Both the position numbers and the translations under genes were made by a program. A model generated the notes under the pieces. It saw nothing but the letters and a program-made list of their open reading frames with translations, made no database searches and was not told the DNA's origin. From Nitrososphaeria archaeon (GTDB taxonomy: Archaea > Thermoproteota > Nitrososphaeria > JACIWG01), in assembly GCA_050011875.1 (NCBI GenBank), contig JBEKIG010000003.1:32001-96000 (forward strand): a stretch of DNA of 64,000 bases. The letters run 5' to 3'. Positions 29,410-38,496 of this stretch are shown one piece after another. The first letter of the stretch is position 1. The number at the start of each line of letters is the position of its first letter.

Positions 29410-29853
29410 TCATAAGATGTCCTTGATAGTCTGAAAGGAAACGCATGTCTGCGTCTTCTGTATACCCCTCATCATCCTGAGCTTATCTATGACAAGTGTC
29501 CCTATTTCGCTCACTGACCCTGCACGCACCTTAATTATTATATCCCATTCCCCTGAAATCAGGGAGACCTCATAGACTTCAGGTATCTTCGCCATTTCTT
29601 CTGCGACGCTCCTCTGTGAAACGTTACTTTCCCCGCTGAAGCTGACTAGAATGAAAGCCGTCACTTCCTTCCCGATCTTATGGTAGTCTAGTAAGGCTGT
29701 AAACTTTTTTATTACACCGCTCCCTACAAGCCTCCTCATCCTCTCCTGAACCGTAGCACGAGGCATTCCCAGCTCGCTCGCCATTTCCACGACAGGCTTC
29801 CTACCATCATCGAGCAACTGAAGTAAGATTTTTCTGTCCTTGTCGTCCATCAT
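29410..29853 (-). CDS. Lrp/AsnC family transcriptional regulator
   Basis: DDKDRKILLQLLDDGR HTH; SGEWD RAM domain. Confidence 0.93.
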   Translation of the reverse strand: MMDDKDRKILLQLLDDGRKPVVEMASELGMPRATVQERMRRLVGSGVIKKFTALLDYHKIGKEVTAFILVSFSGESNVSQRSVAEEMAKIPEVYEVSLISGEWDIIIKVRAGSVSEIGTLVIDKLRMMRGIQKTQTCVSFQTIKDIL

Positions 29854-29871
29854 ATTAGCATAATGCTAATA
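29853..29871. promoter_or_regulatory. Perfect 9-1-9 palindrome, candidate operator in the divergent Lrp/asnA promoter
   Basis: tattagcat-a-atgctaata between a TATATATA element and the Lrp start codon. Confidence 0.5.
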
Positions 29872-29936
29872 AAAAGAGATATATATATTTTTTATCCGTT
29901 ATATTGCCAAAGAATATGGTATAATGTTTTTAAGGG

Positions 29937-30944
29937 ATGCAAAGTGTCGCTTTGTTCGTGCTGATTCAAAAAGGCGGAGAAGGAGAAAAAGGTTCGATTG
30001 AAATACCGAAATCGCTTGAGCAGATGACTACTGAAGAGTTGACTGAGAAATTCTTTTTGAGTAAGATATGCACTCAGACCCTGAAATCACTCACGGAAGG
30101 CTTCACTGAAGAGGGTTTCGAATGGTTTCTACCCGTAATATTCTCGAAGTCAACCGATCCCCTCTGGCCCGACCCAGGGGCGTCGATTGAGAAAAGGATT
30201 GAAACCGAGATATACGGTGTGACCGTCAGGACGACCCTGAGCATGATCATTCACAAGCTCGTCGCCTGCTCTCTAGCCTATCCGAAGTTCTTCGCCATTT
30301 CACCAAACGTAAGAATAGAGAAGAGGGAGAGGCGATCCACGGGACGGCACATATATGAATTCACACAGCTCGACTTTGAGACAAGAAACGCTTCCTCAGA
30401 TGACATAAGAAGCTTGGTGGAGAGGATATTCTGCAGGGTGATCTGCGACCTTAAAAGCAAGCGCAAGGAGGAGCTGATGCACCTTGGAAGATATAATATA
30501 ATAACCATTCCAGAGATTCCGTTCAAAGTTTACGATAGGGAAGAGTTAGAGGGTAAGTGGGGTAATGACTGGGAATCGATGCTACCTAAAGAAATACAGG
30601 CCCCAACCTGGGTTGTCAACATTCCAAGGGAGTTCTATGACTTCGAAGACTTCGATAGCGGGAAGTGGGACAACTACGACCTTATCCTGCCCAAAAACGG
30701 CGAAGTGCTATCAGGTGCAAGGAGGGAGTGGCAGTACGATAAGATTGTGAAGAAGATCGAAAGGGATGAAGTGAAGAAAGAAAATTATAAGATCCTTTTG
30801 GGGCTCGCAAAGGAAAATAGGCTCAGACCTTCAGCCGGAGCAGGCATAGGCATCGAAAGGCTTGTCAGCTGGATAGTGGGTGCAAAACACGTAGGTGAAG
30901 TGCAGCCATTTCCAAAGATACCTGGCGTAGTCTACGAACTATAG
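29937..30944 (+). CDS. asnA: Archaeal asparagine synthetase A (AsnRS-like catalytic core)
   Basis: STDPLWPD, SMIIHK, SPNVRIE, GRHIYEFTQLDFE, EVLSGARRE, GAGIGIER; no anticodon-binding domain. Confidence 0.9.
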   Translation: MQSVALFVLIQKGGEGEKGSIEIPKSLEQMTTEELTEKFFLSKICTQTLKSLTEGFTEEGFEWFLPVIFSKSTDPLWPDPGASIEKRIETEIYGVTVRTTLSMIIHKLVACSLAYPKFFAISPNVRIEKRERRSTGRHIYEFTQLDFETRNASSDDIRSLVERIFCRVICDLKSKRKEELMHLGRYNIITIPEIPFKVYDREELEGKWGNDWESMLPKEIQAPTWVVNIPREFYDFEDFDSGKWDNYDLILPKNGEVLSGARREWQYDKIVKKIERDEVKKENYKILLGLAKENRLRPSAGAGIGIERLVSWIVGAKHVGEVQPFPKIPGVVYEL

Positions 30945-31193
30945 CTCTTTTATTAGATCGTAGCCTAAGGATAATGGACTACGGGTTCGGCAACACAGGG
31001 GTTAACGCGTCCTTCGTAACTGTAATGGATATGACGATAGATGGAAATCATATGATACTACTAAAAAATTTATCTTCCTTACTCATAAAATGTGATATTT
31101 TGCTAAAGTATTTATAAAAAGTTATAACAAAATCTTAGGAATCCTATATTAGTATATTAAAATCCTAAAAGCTTATATTAAGAGAAAAGTACT

Positions 31194-31910
31194 TTGTATA
31201 AGATGAAGATGGATATAATAGAAAATTTTAATGAAGCAGGAAGGTTCACAGGAAGATTATTTAAAAATATCGGCAACCTTGTGATACTGATAGTATTAGC
31301 AATCATACCCATAGTTGACTTTATCTTTCTTGGCTACTTAGGCAAGCTTATCAGGGAAGGAAGAAGTTTGGATGAACCGCCTAAACTATCAGATTACGGG
31401 AAACTTTTTGTTAACGGATTAAAAATAATCATCGCAGTAATCGTTTACGCGATTATACCGGCGATCATCTTAGGGGTGCTGGCGTTGCCCTTTATGCACA
31501 CTTTCTCTCTCGGCTTCTTAGTCTCTCCCATGGCTTTTATAGGATCGATCTTTGCTTACGTAGTGATAGCGGTTGTAATATTCTTCGTCTTCTCGATATT
31601 TGGAGTAGCAGCGATAGGTAATATGATACGCAACGATAGATTCATGAAAATATTCGCTTTCGGGGAAGCCTGGGCGATAATATCTAAGACAGGGTTCGGA
31701 AAATACCTCACATGGCTTGTTCTTGTCTTTATCTTAGGACTAATAGGTTCAGCTTTCGGGGCGTTGAATTGGATCTTAGGAGCGATAGTCTCAGTCTTCA
31801 TAGGAATCTTTGTAGTAAGGTCTTTTTCGACATTGCTCGATGAGGCGCTTGGACAAGCCACACAGCCTCCAGCGGTTACGGTTAATCCTCCAGCTCCTCC
31901 ATCTCCTTGA
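31194..31910 (+). CDS. DUF4013-like membrane protein
   Basis: IIPIVDFIFLGY...PKLSDYGKLFVNGLK pattern; Pro-rich tail. Confidence 0.75.
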   Translation: MYKMKMDIIENFNEAGRFTGRLFKNIGNLVILIVLAIIPIVDFIFLGYLGKLIREGRSLDEPPKLSDYGKLFVNGLKIIIAVIVYAIIPAIILGVLALPFMHTFSLGFLVSPMAFIGSIFAYVVIAVVIFFVFSIFGVAAIGNMIRNDRFMKIFAFGEAWAIISKTGFGKYLTWLVLVFILGLIGSAFGALNWILGAIVSVFIGIFVVRSFSTLLDEALGQATQPPAVTVNPPAPPSP

Positions 31911-32081
31911 GTGGAAGAAATCTAACAGTTGGAAACCATCCCGTAATTTATCGTTTTACGTTCAATGATATCAAAATTAATTGCAATGATATGTCCATTA
32001 ATGAAATTAATAAAATATTCCTACCACACCTCATAACACTTAATTACCTCGCTGAAGACATTTTTTGAATGTGATATCGCC

Positions 32082-32355
32082 GTGAAATTAGTCGATGTCC
32101 TATCCCTTTCCTCTGTAGTCTTCCTTTGGGGCTCGACCTTCACGATAATCAAGCTTGCTCTGTTCAGCTTTGGCCTTCCTTCTCTGGAACCGTGCTCTAA
32201 AAGAAGTCCCAGCGACTAAAGCAGGTGCTTTCCTGTTCTTTATACCTGTAGTTTCAGTTGTGATCGCACATTTTGTCCTATTTGAACCCTTAGATATCTT
32301 TTTCATCATAGGCACCCTTCTTGTGATGGCTGGTGTTGCGGTAACAGAACTGTAG
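32082..32355 (+). pseudogene. EamA/DMT transporter relic with a large internal deletion
   Basis: GTG 32082 gives MKLVDVLSLSSVVFLWGSTFTIIKLAL (EamA TM1), joined out of frame to the C-terminal LCSALAFLLWNRALKEVPATKAGAFLFFIPV. Confidence 0.8.
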
Positions 32356-32500
32356 AAAAATGATTACGATGATAATAACACCAATCATTCCCAGAGCCTT
32401 TAACGTTTATATTGAAATAGAATGAAATATTTTCCTATAATTTTAAGGTTGTTGTCAAAAAATAGGGGAGGCTAAGTGGTCTTTAAACCCGTTCGCCTTT

Positions 32501-32596
32501 TTAGGCAAGGAAGAACATTCTCCTCTTTTTCTTAGCCTTATCTACAGGCATTAGGCCTTGTTCTTCCTCTATTTCGTCCATGTCTTTCCATGGCAT
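32501..32596 (-). CDS. Candidate 31-aa small protein MPWKDMDEIEEEQGLMPVDKAKKKRRMFFLA
   Basis: TTTATATA box 24-31 nt upstream of the ATG (leaderless spacing); below the ORF-track cutoff. Confidence 0.45.
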   Translation of the reverse strand: MPWKDMDEIEEEQGLMPVDKAKKKRRMFFLA

Positions 32597-32957
32597 GGTC
32601 TAGGCCCACTTTACAGTGCTATATAAATCTATAATAATATAACAAAAATTTAATGGATAGCAGAAAATATTATATTTTAAACGCTAAAAGGAGCGTCTAT
32701 ATCAGTTTATATATAGTCCGCTCTAATTTTGGTCACTAATTCATTAGTTTATTTTATTATAGTTCCCTTTTTCATAGACTACAGGTAACGTGACAAAGTG
32801 CTCATTTTAGTCTGAACGTACAAAGAGAATTGTAAGCCTCCTAACAAGTCAGGCCGACACAGGAATAACGGCGATGTCAGGTTGATTAGGGAATATATCC
32901 GTCTAAGCTTTCTATCAGAAAGGTAAAACGTATATACAAAGATTTTTTGGTAGCAAC

Positions 32958-33029
32958 GGTCTGTGTGCATATTAATGGGGCTCCATTTTAAAGAGCTCCT
33001 TTATTATATCGGTCAATGCACACGGACCT
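32958..33029. repeat. About 70-bp inverted-repeat element (possible MITE or structured RNA)
   Basis: ggtctgtgtgcat ... atgcacacggacc (12/13) enclosing a second stem ggggctc...gagctcc. Confidence 0.55.
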
Positions 33030-33164
33030 ATATTATTATTTGTAATATTTTAAGAATATCTGTTCCAATGTCTAAAGTTCTTGACTAACTATGGACTAGA
33101 ACTATTCTGCGTGCACAGCGCAACTCCTGCAAGAACGACATTTTCGAATATGGTGAAGCTGTAG

Positions 33165-33198
33165 GTGAACCACCACCGTTTAAAAACGGTGGCTTTCC
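33165..33198 (-). mobile_element. Solo IS200/IS605-type end hairpin
   Basis: Minus strand GGAAAGCCACCGTTTTTAAACGGTGGTGGTTCAC: AAGCC-hairpin-GTTCAC layout typical of tnpB-element right ends; no transposase nearby. Confidence 0.55.
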
Positions 33199-33217
33199 AT
33201 AGGACGCTGAATGAAAT

Positions 33218-33685
33218 TTAGAAGTGAATGAGGAACTTCTTGAGTTTGGCATGTCCTTCTATCATTTGAACTGTACTTTTAGTGGACTCATTGATTTGGT
33301 GATCTAATGCTCTAGATAGCAAAAGTGCGGTTATAAAGGATATAATGGAAACAAACACGCCCTCGACGACATTTATGGTGCCTAGATACCATATTATGCC
33401 CAGTGTTACTAAAGCGCCAACAACACTCATAATCGTAGATCTCACTATAAAATATAACCTTTGGGTCCAGCTTATTGACAAGAAAATCCTCATCAACTCT
33501 TTCTTCCCTTCTTCCGTCATCTGTTCCGAATCACTTATGTTCGTTACCATTTTGCTCTGTACACAGGAAAAAACTTCTGCTGAAAAAACTTTTTGTATCT
33601 CCTCCAGTACACCGTCAGCAAATTCAACATCGAAACTAGTTTGTGGCTCAGACTTCATTTTTTTCTCCGATGCAAATATCACCAA
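33218..33685 (-). CDS. Hypothetical two-TM membrane protein
   Basis: 155-aa ORF with two hydrophobic segments. Confidence 0.65.
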   Translation of the reverse strand: MVIFASEKKMKSEPQTSFDVEFADGVLEEIQKVFSAEVFSCVQSKMVTNISDSEQMTEEGKKELMRIFLSISWTQRLYFIVRSTIMSVVGALVTLGIIWYLGTINVVEGVFVSIISFITALLLSRALDHQINESTKSTVQMIEGHAKLKKFLIHF

Positions 33686-33785
33686 TATGTCCTCTTTTAT
33701 AAATTTCTCTTGTTATCCTAGCATAAAGAGGAAAAAATAGAATTCTTTTGATGCCGTTGTCAAATTAGCCCTCAAAAGAAAATTT

Positions 33786-34244
33786 CTATTTAAATACAAG
33801 AACGGAGCAGGGCGCGTTCTTCGTAACCTTTTCGGCAACATTACCCAGCGACAACATTGTAGAATGTGTGCTGTGGTAGCCTATTACTATAAGATCATAT
33901 CCCTTTTCGGCTTCCTTAACAATTTCGCTCGCGGGGTCTCCGAAGACTATGGCGTAGTCGATCTTTTTAGATAATTTTTCGACATCTTCCCTTGTCTGGG
34001 ATAGAACGTCCAGGGCTTCCTTTGTCATAAGGTCGCGCATGTTTCCTGGGATAGGTAGAATCGTGCCTTGAAGTTCACTGCTGTGTGTGGCGGCTGACGA
34101 AGAAATCATCGGCCCTACTACGGTCTGACCGGCGACGTAGAAAACGGTAATGTAGCTTTCGAAGAGGCCTGCAAGCTTTATGGCTAGAGATAGACACTTT
34201 TTGCTCTTCTCTGAACCGTCGAATGCGACAAGTATCTTTTCCAT
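33786..34244 (-). CDS. Universal stress protein
   Basis: KILVAFDGSEKS, GDPASEIV, LGNVAEKVTKNAPCSVLV. Confidence 0.93.
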   Translation of the reverse strand: MEKILVAFDGSEKSKKCLSLAIKLAGLFESYITVFYVAGQTVVGPMISSSAATHSSELQGTILPIPGNMRDLMTKEALDVLSQTREDVEKLSKKIDYAIVFGDPASEIVKEAEKGYDLIVIGYHSTHSTMLSLGNVAEKVTKNAPCSVLVFK

Positions 34245-34289
34245 ATGCTTCTGCCTGAGCTGTTTACCTCTGCTAAATAAGAACTTTAC

Positions 34290-35570
34290 CTATTCCGTGC
34301 TCTGATCCCTCGACCTTCTTGGCAGGCTCGAACGCAATTCTTCGATCAGCGCCTTTCTTAGCGTTGTTTCAGATTTCTTTGTTTCTATAAGCCTCTGATG
34401 CATTACAGCTATTGCGAGTCTCCCAAACACTGATATCATGTAAACAAACTGCAGCGCTATAACTAGACCAAAGTATGGTTCACCCAGAGCGATGAGCACA
34501 CCTCCCGTGATTGAACCGAAAAGGTATGACATACCGGTTGCAAAATTATACAATGAAGTGCATACACCCCTCTGGCCTCCCGGCGTTGAATCAAACATGT
34601 ACGCCAGAACGCCTGTATCGTTCAGAGCCGAAAAGACCCCGCCGATAAGGTTTGCGATATATAGAAACATCATATCTGGGGAAAACGCGTACGCAAGAGG
34701 AAGGACCAGAAGGCCAGCCCTGGCAAAGACGAGAACAGGCACCCTACCTGCTCGATCGAACAGATGCCGGAAGACGTTCTGAGCTACAATATACGATACC
34801 ATAGCCGATATCTGTATTAAGCCGAATTCGAGAACACCCGCATTATGGACTTCAGCAAGGGTCAGCCCTGTCAGAGGCCACATCAAGGACATGAAGAAAC
34901 CGTAAAGAGAGCTCATGAGGACAAACTGGGTGAAAAGAGGGTTCGTTTTCGTAATCTTGATAAGGTCGCTGAAGAGCTGCGTTGACTCCTTTACGGGTTT
35001 CGTCTTAGGCTCCTTTATAAAATGGATTGAAATAGTCTGGAAGACTCCGAAGGCGATAGAAGCCAGGAACATGAACTGGAATCCAGACGCGCTTACACCA
35101 AAGATAAAATATACGGCGACAGAAGTGAATAGTGTGGCAATGAGGCTGCCGAAACCGTTGAGCAGGTTCAGCTTCGCCATGATCCCAGCCCTGTTCTCCA
35201 TCGTCGTCGCCTCCCCGATAAGCACGAGGAAAGCCGGCGTCATCATCGCACCCGCAGCAGACTGGATCGATAACAGTAGCACAAATTCCTTGGGCGTCCG
35301 CACTAATAGAATAGGGACGAAGATTACGAAGTAGATCACGCTTGCAATGTAAAGGATCAGCTTCTTCTTCCCCAGCCTGTCCGTTAAACTGCCGAAAGGC
35401 AGTTGGAACACGTTTGGAACAACGTTCACTGCAGCCTGTAGGAGACCTAAGTCAATAGAATTAGCTCCCAAGTCTATCGCAAAAAGCGTCAGGAAAGGCC
35501 CTGAAAGTCCCACCGCTAAAGCCAAGAGTGTTGCCCTTACAAACAGTGGACGATAAAATGAGGTGCTCAT
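34290..35570 (-). CDS. MFS transporter
   Basis: About 12 TMs; GSLTDRLGKK and DRAGR motifs. Confidence 0.92.
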   Translation of the reverse strand: MSTSFYRPLFVRATLLALAVGLSGPFLTLFAIDLGANSIDLGLLQAAVNVVPNVFQLPFGSLTDRLGKKKLILYIASVIYFVIFVPILLVRTPKEFVLLLSIQSAAGAMMTPAFLVLIGEATTMENRAGIMAKLNLLNGFGSLIATLFTSVAVYFIFGVSASGFQFMFLASIAFGVFQTISIHFIKEPKTKPVKESTQLFSDLIKITKTNPLFTQFVLMSSLYGFFMSLMWPLTGLTLAEVHNAGVLEFGLIQISAMVSYIVAQNVFRHLFDRAGRVPVLVFARAGLLVLPLAYAFSPDMMFLYIANLIGGVFSALNDTGVLAYMFDSTPGGQRGVCTSLYNFATGMSYLFGSITGGVLIALGEPYFGLVIALQFVYMISVFGRLAIAVMHQRLIETKKSETTLRKALIEELRSSLPRRSRDQSTE

Positions 35571-35605
35571 TCAGAATCAGGGCTCAATTTTGCTTCCTTT
35601 TTGAC

Positions 35606-36016
35606 TTATTTTCTAGGATCGAAGACGTGAGATTCGAGCACAAGGCACACGAATTTTCCTTCGAAAACCTTTTTTTCTTCAACGAATACTTCAACGCTTG
35701 CATAGCATCTGTTATTTTGATGCTTATATAATCGGGCTTTCGCTATCAAAGTGTCACCGACTTTCACAGGAGAAGTAAATTTAACTAACGCCTTTAAGAG
35801 GACAACGTTCGGATGGTTTACCGCGATCATAGCCGCGTAATCGGCGACCGAAAATGTGAAGCCACCATGAACCAACCCTTTTTCATCCGCCTTCATAAAA
35901 TCCTCTGTCTTGAGGGAAACAATAGAACGCCTTCCAGGGATTAGGTCAAGACACCTTCCAGAAAAGCGCTCATCAATACTTTTATGAGTTCTCAGCATAA
36001 ATGTGACACTCAACAC
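35606..36016 (-). CDS. PaaI/hotdog-fold thioesterase
   Basis: GLVHGGFTFSVADYAAM, PVKVGD. Confidence 0.9.
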   Translation of the reverse strand: MLSVTFMLRTHKSIDERFSGRCLDLIPGRRSIVSLKTEDFMKADEKGLVHGGFTFSVADYAAMIAVNHPNVVLLKALVKFTSPVKVGDTLIAKARLYKHQNNRCYASVEVFVEEKKVFEGKFVCLVLESHVFDPRK

Positions 36017-36145
36017 TTTCCCTTAACTGGTTATAAAAAAGTTTATGGCCTTTTCGGAAGGGAAAAAAGAGAGGGAGAGGGATAAATCCAAGGTATTAAT
36101 ATATTCTTTAGTTACGAAGTCTAAAATTGGGATCATGAATATGCT

Positions 36146-37048
36146 TTAGTCTATTCCCAGAAGCTTTGCAGGTTTGTCCTTCACCATCTTTTCAACTTCT
36201 GACAGGGTAAAACCATTATCCAACATTAGGTGAATATATTGGCACATCCCTTCTATTGGATGAGGATTTCTTATCTGACCGAAATCGGTTGCCATTACAC
36301 ACTTATCTGTCCCAACCTTCCTTATCGATTCCACCAGATGTTGCACGGTGAACGACCTTTCCGGCTTATCTAAGCAGCCAAAGACGTCATGTTCCATGAT
36401 AGCGCCCATTTCTGCCATCCTAACCTGATCCGATATCTGCCAGGGTGTGATGTAAAAGCCAGGATGTGTTATTAGTATCTTCTTGACCCCGGATTTCCTT
36501 GCCGACTTTATTAGAGCGAAGACTTCTTCCTTTGAAATGTGACCTGATCCGAGAATCAAGTCGTTTGCGGCAATAAGGTCAAGTATCTCGTAGACTTCCT
36601 GTTTTACTTCACCATCTTCTTGCAGAATGTTTATTCCTTCTATAGGTCCCAGGTCAGAGTTGGGGACAAACCTTGAAGCATCATATGAGGTTTGTCCTGC
36701 AACTTTGATATGATTCTGTGCATGGAAGGTTGGCATCCAAACTTCCCTCGCACCAAACCCTATCGCAGCCCTTACAGCCTTAGGGTTCAGTCCACCCACT
36801 GTATGATTTAGAACGATGCCGCCGAAGAACTTTACACATGAAACTTCAGCGCCTACGATCTGCGCTCTGTCCGCTGTGATCACAAAATGATTTTTCGACA
36901 ATACCGCCCTGTACCCTACATCTACGGCACCTTTGGCGAATTCGATTTCGTTTAAGGATCTCAGAAATAGGTCGGGTGCAAGGTGGACATGCATTTCGCA
37001 GACGTTTTCAAGGAGAAGTCTGTCTTCCTTTGACACTTCAATGCTCAT
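36146..37048 (-). CDS. Metal-dependent TIM-barrel hydrolase (DUF6282/amidohydrolase-like)
   Basis: MHVHLAPD, KNH, VWMPT, SGH, THP, TDFGQ. Confidence 0.78.
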   Translation of the reverse strand: MSIEVSKEDRLLLENVCEMHVHLAPDLFLRSLNEIEFAKGAVDVGYRAVLSKNHFVITADRAQIVGAEVSCVKFFGGIVLNHTVGGLNPKAVRAAIGFGAREVWMPTFHAQNHIKVAGQTSYDASRFVPNSDLGPIEGINILQEDGEVKQEVYEILDLIAANDLILGSGHISKEEVFALIKSARKSGVKKILITHPGFYITPWQISDQVRMAEMGAIMEHDVFGCLDKPERSFTVQHLVESIRKVGTDKCVMATDFGQIRNPHPIEGMCQYIHLMLDNGFTLSEVEKMVKDKPAKLLGID

Positions 37049-37106
37049 AATAATACGAATGTCTTGTTCTCAGTCAATTATTTATACTTTATAAACAAAA
37101 AAAAGC

Positions 37107-38492
37107 TTACTTGATTTTTTCGATGAATTCTTTGTGCAATGCCCTGACAGCTTTTGCACCATCTTCTTCTTTAACAACAAAGCTTATGTTAAGCTCACTC
37201 GAGCCCTGAGCTATCATCCTAACGTTCACCCCCGCGTCGGCTACGGCTCTGAACATTCTAGCCGCAACACCTGGGGTACCTTTCATGCCCTCTCCGACGG
37301 TCGCTACAACCGAAATGTCAGCTTCCATTTCCATTCTTTTAGCATTTTTACCAATTTCCGAATCGAGTGCCCCATGCGCTCGTTCTAGGTACTGCTTCTT
37401 CATGACGACGCTGATGTTGGATTCAGAAACGCTCTGTGAAATCATCATAACGTTTATTTTGGCATCAGCAAGTAAATCAAAGAATTTTGCAGCTGTCCCC
37501 GCTTCTCCCACCATTGAAGCGCCTCTAACTGTCAGCATGCCCGTGTCTTTTATAAGAGAAATGACTTTAACGATAGAATAGTTTGGTTTTGAAGCCTTAC
37601 TCACGATCAACGTTCCATTGTGGGTCGGATTGAATGTGTTCTTCAGCCTGACAGGTATCTTCTTTTCTATTGCAGGTTCTAACGCTCTAGGATGCAGAGA
37701 CTTGGCACCTATTACGGCCATCTCTAGAGCTTCATCATAGGTTATCTCTGGAAGCGTTTTGGCTTCGGGTACGATTTTTGGATCCGCTGTCATTATGCCG
37801 TTAACATCGCTCCATATCAAAACTTCATCAGCTTCTATCGCATTTGCTATAATCGTCGCAGTGTAATCACTGCCACCTCTACCGAATGTTGTAACAATCC
37901 CTTCCTTTGTAGCGCCCGCAAATCCGCCGACAACGGGAATAGATCCTCCATTTAGAAGAGGTTCTAGATTAGCCTTAATATTCTCCCTTGTTGCTTCCAT
38001 TATTGGTGTCGCCTCCCCAAAACGATTGTTTGTCACAATACCTGCTTCCCCACCTGTAAATGATTTAGATTTGTAACCTGCGCTTAGTAGCGTCTCAGAA
38101 GCTATATCAGACGAATACCGTTCACCAAAACTTGTAACGTAATCAACGCTCCTTGATGTTGCCTCCTGTAGGTATAGGATTCCGTATAGAACATGCTCAA
38201 GTTCATAGTCCGCCTGGGACAAGCGTTCCTCAAGCTTATGGGGTATTTGGCCGACAGAATTCTTGGCAACCATCCGTTGGGTTTCTTTCAGATTGTTTAA
38301 AAACGCGTTCACCCATTTTTGGTCCCCCGACTCAGCTCTTTTCGTTGCTTCGAGCAGGTCATCGGTTACGCCTTTTAGCGCGGAGACGACTATGATAACC
38401 CTGTCATCCTTAAAGTTTGATAGCAGCTCTGATATCTTTTTGTATCCTGCATCCTTAACCGATGTACCGCCAAACTTCATTACATACTTCAT
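37107..38492 (-). CDS. lysC: Aspartate kinase with two ACT domains
   Basis: KFGGTSV, GRGGSDYTA, DVNGIMTADP. Confidence 0.95.
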   Translation of the reverse strand: MKYVMKFGGTSVKDAGYKKISELLSNFKDDRVIIVVSALKGVTDDLLEATKRAESGDQKWVNAFLNNLKETQRMVAKNSVGQIPHKLEERLSQADYELEHVLYGILYLQEATSRSVDYVTSFGERYSSDIASETLLSAGYKSKSFTGGEAGIVTNNRFGEATPIMEATRENIKANLEPLLNGGSIPVVGGFAGATKEGIVTTFGRGGSDYTATIIANAIEADEVLIWSDVNGIMTADPKIVPEAKTLPEITYDEALEMAVIGAKSLHPRALEPAIEKKIPVRLKNTFNPTHNGTLIVSKASKPNYSIVKVISLIKDTGMLTVRGASMVGEAGTAAKFFDLLADAKINVMMISQSVSESNISVVMKKQYLERAHGALDSEIGKNAKRMEMEADISVVATVGEGMKGTPGVAARMFRAVADAGVNVRMIAQGSSELNISFVVKEEDGAKAVRALHKEFIEKIK

Positions 38493-38496
38493 TAAA

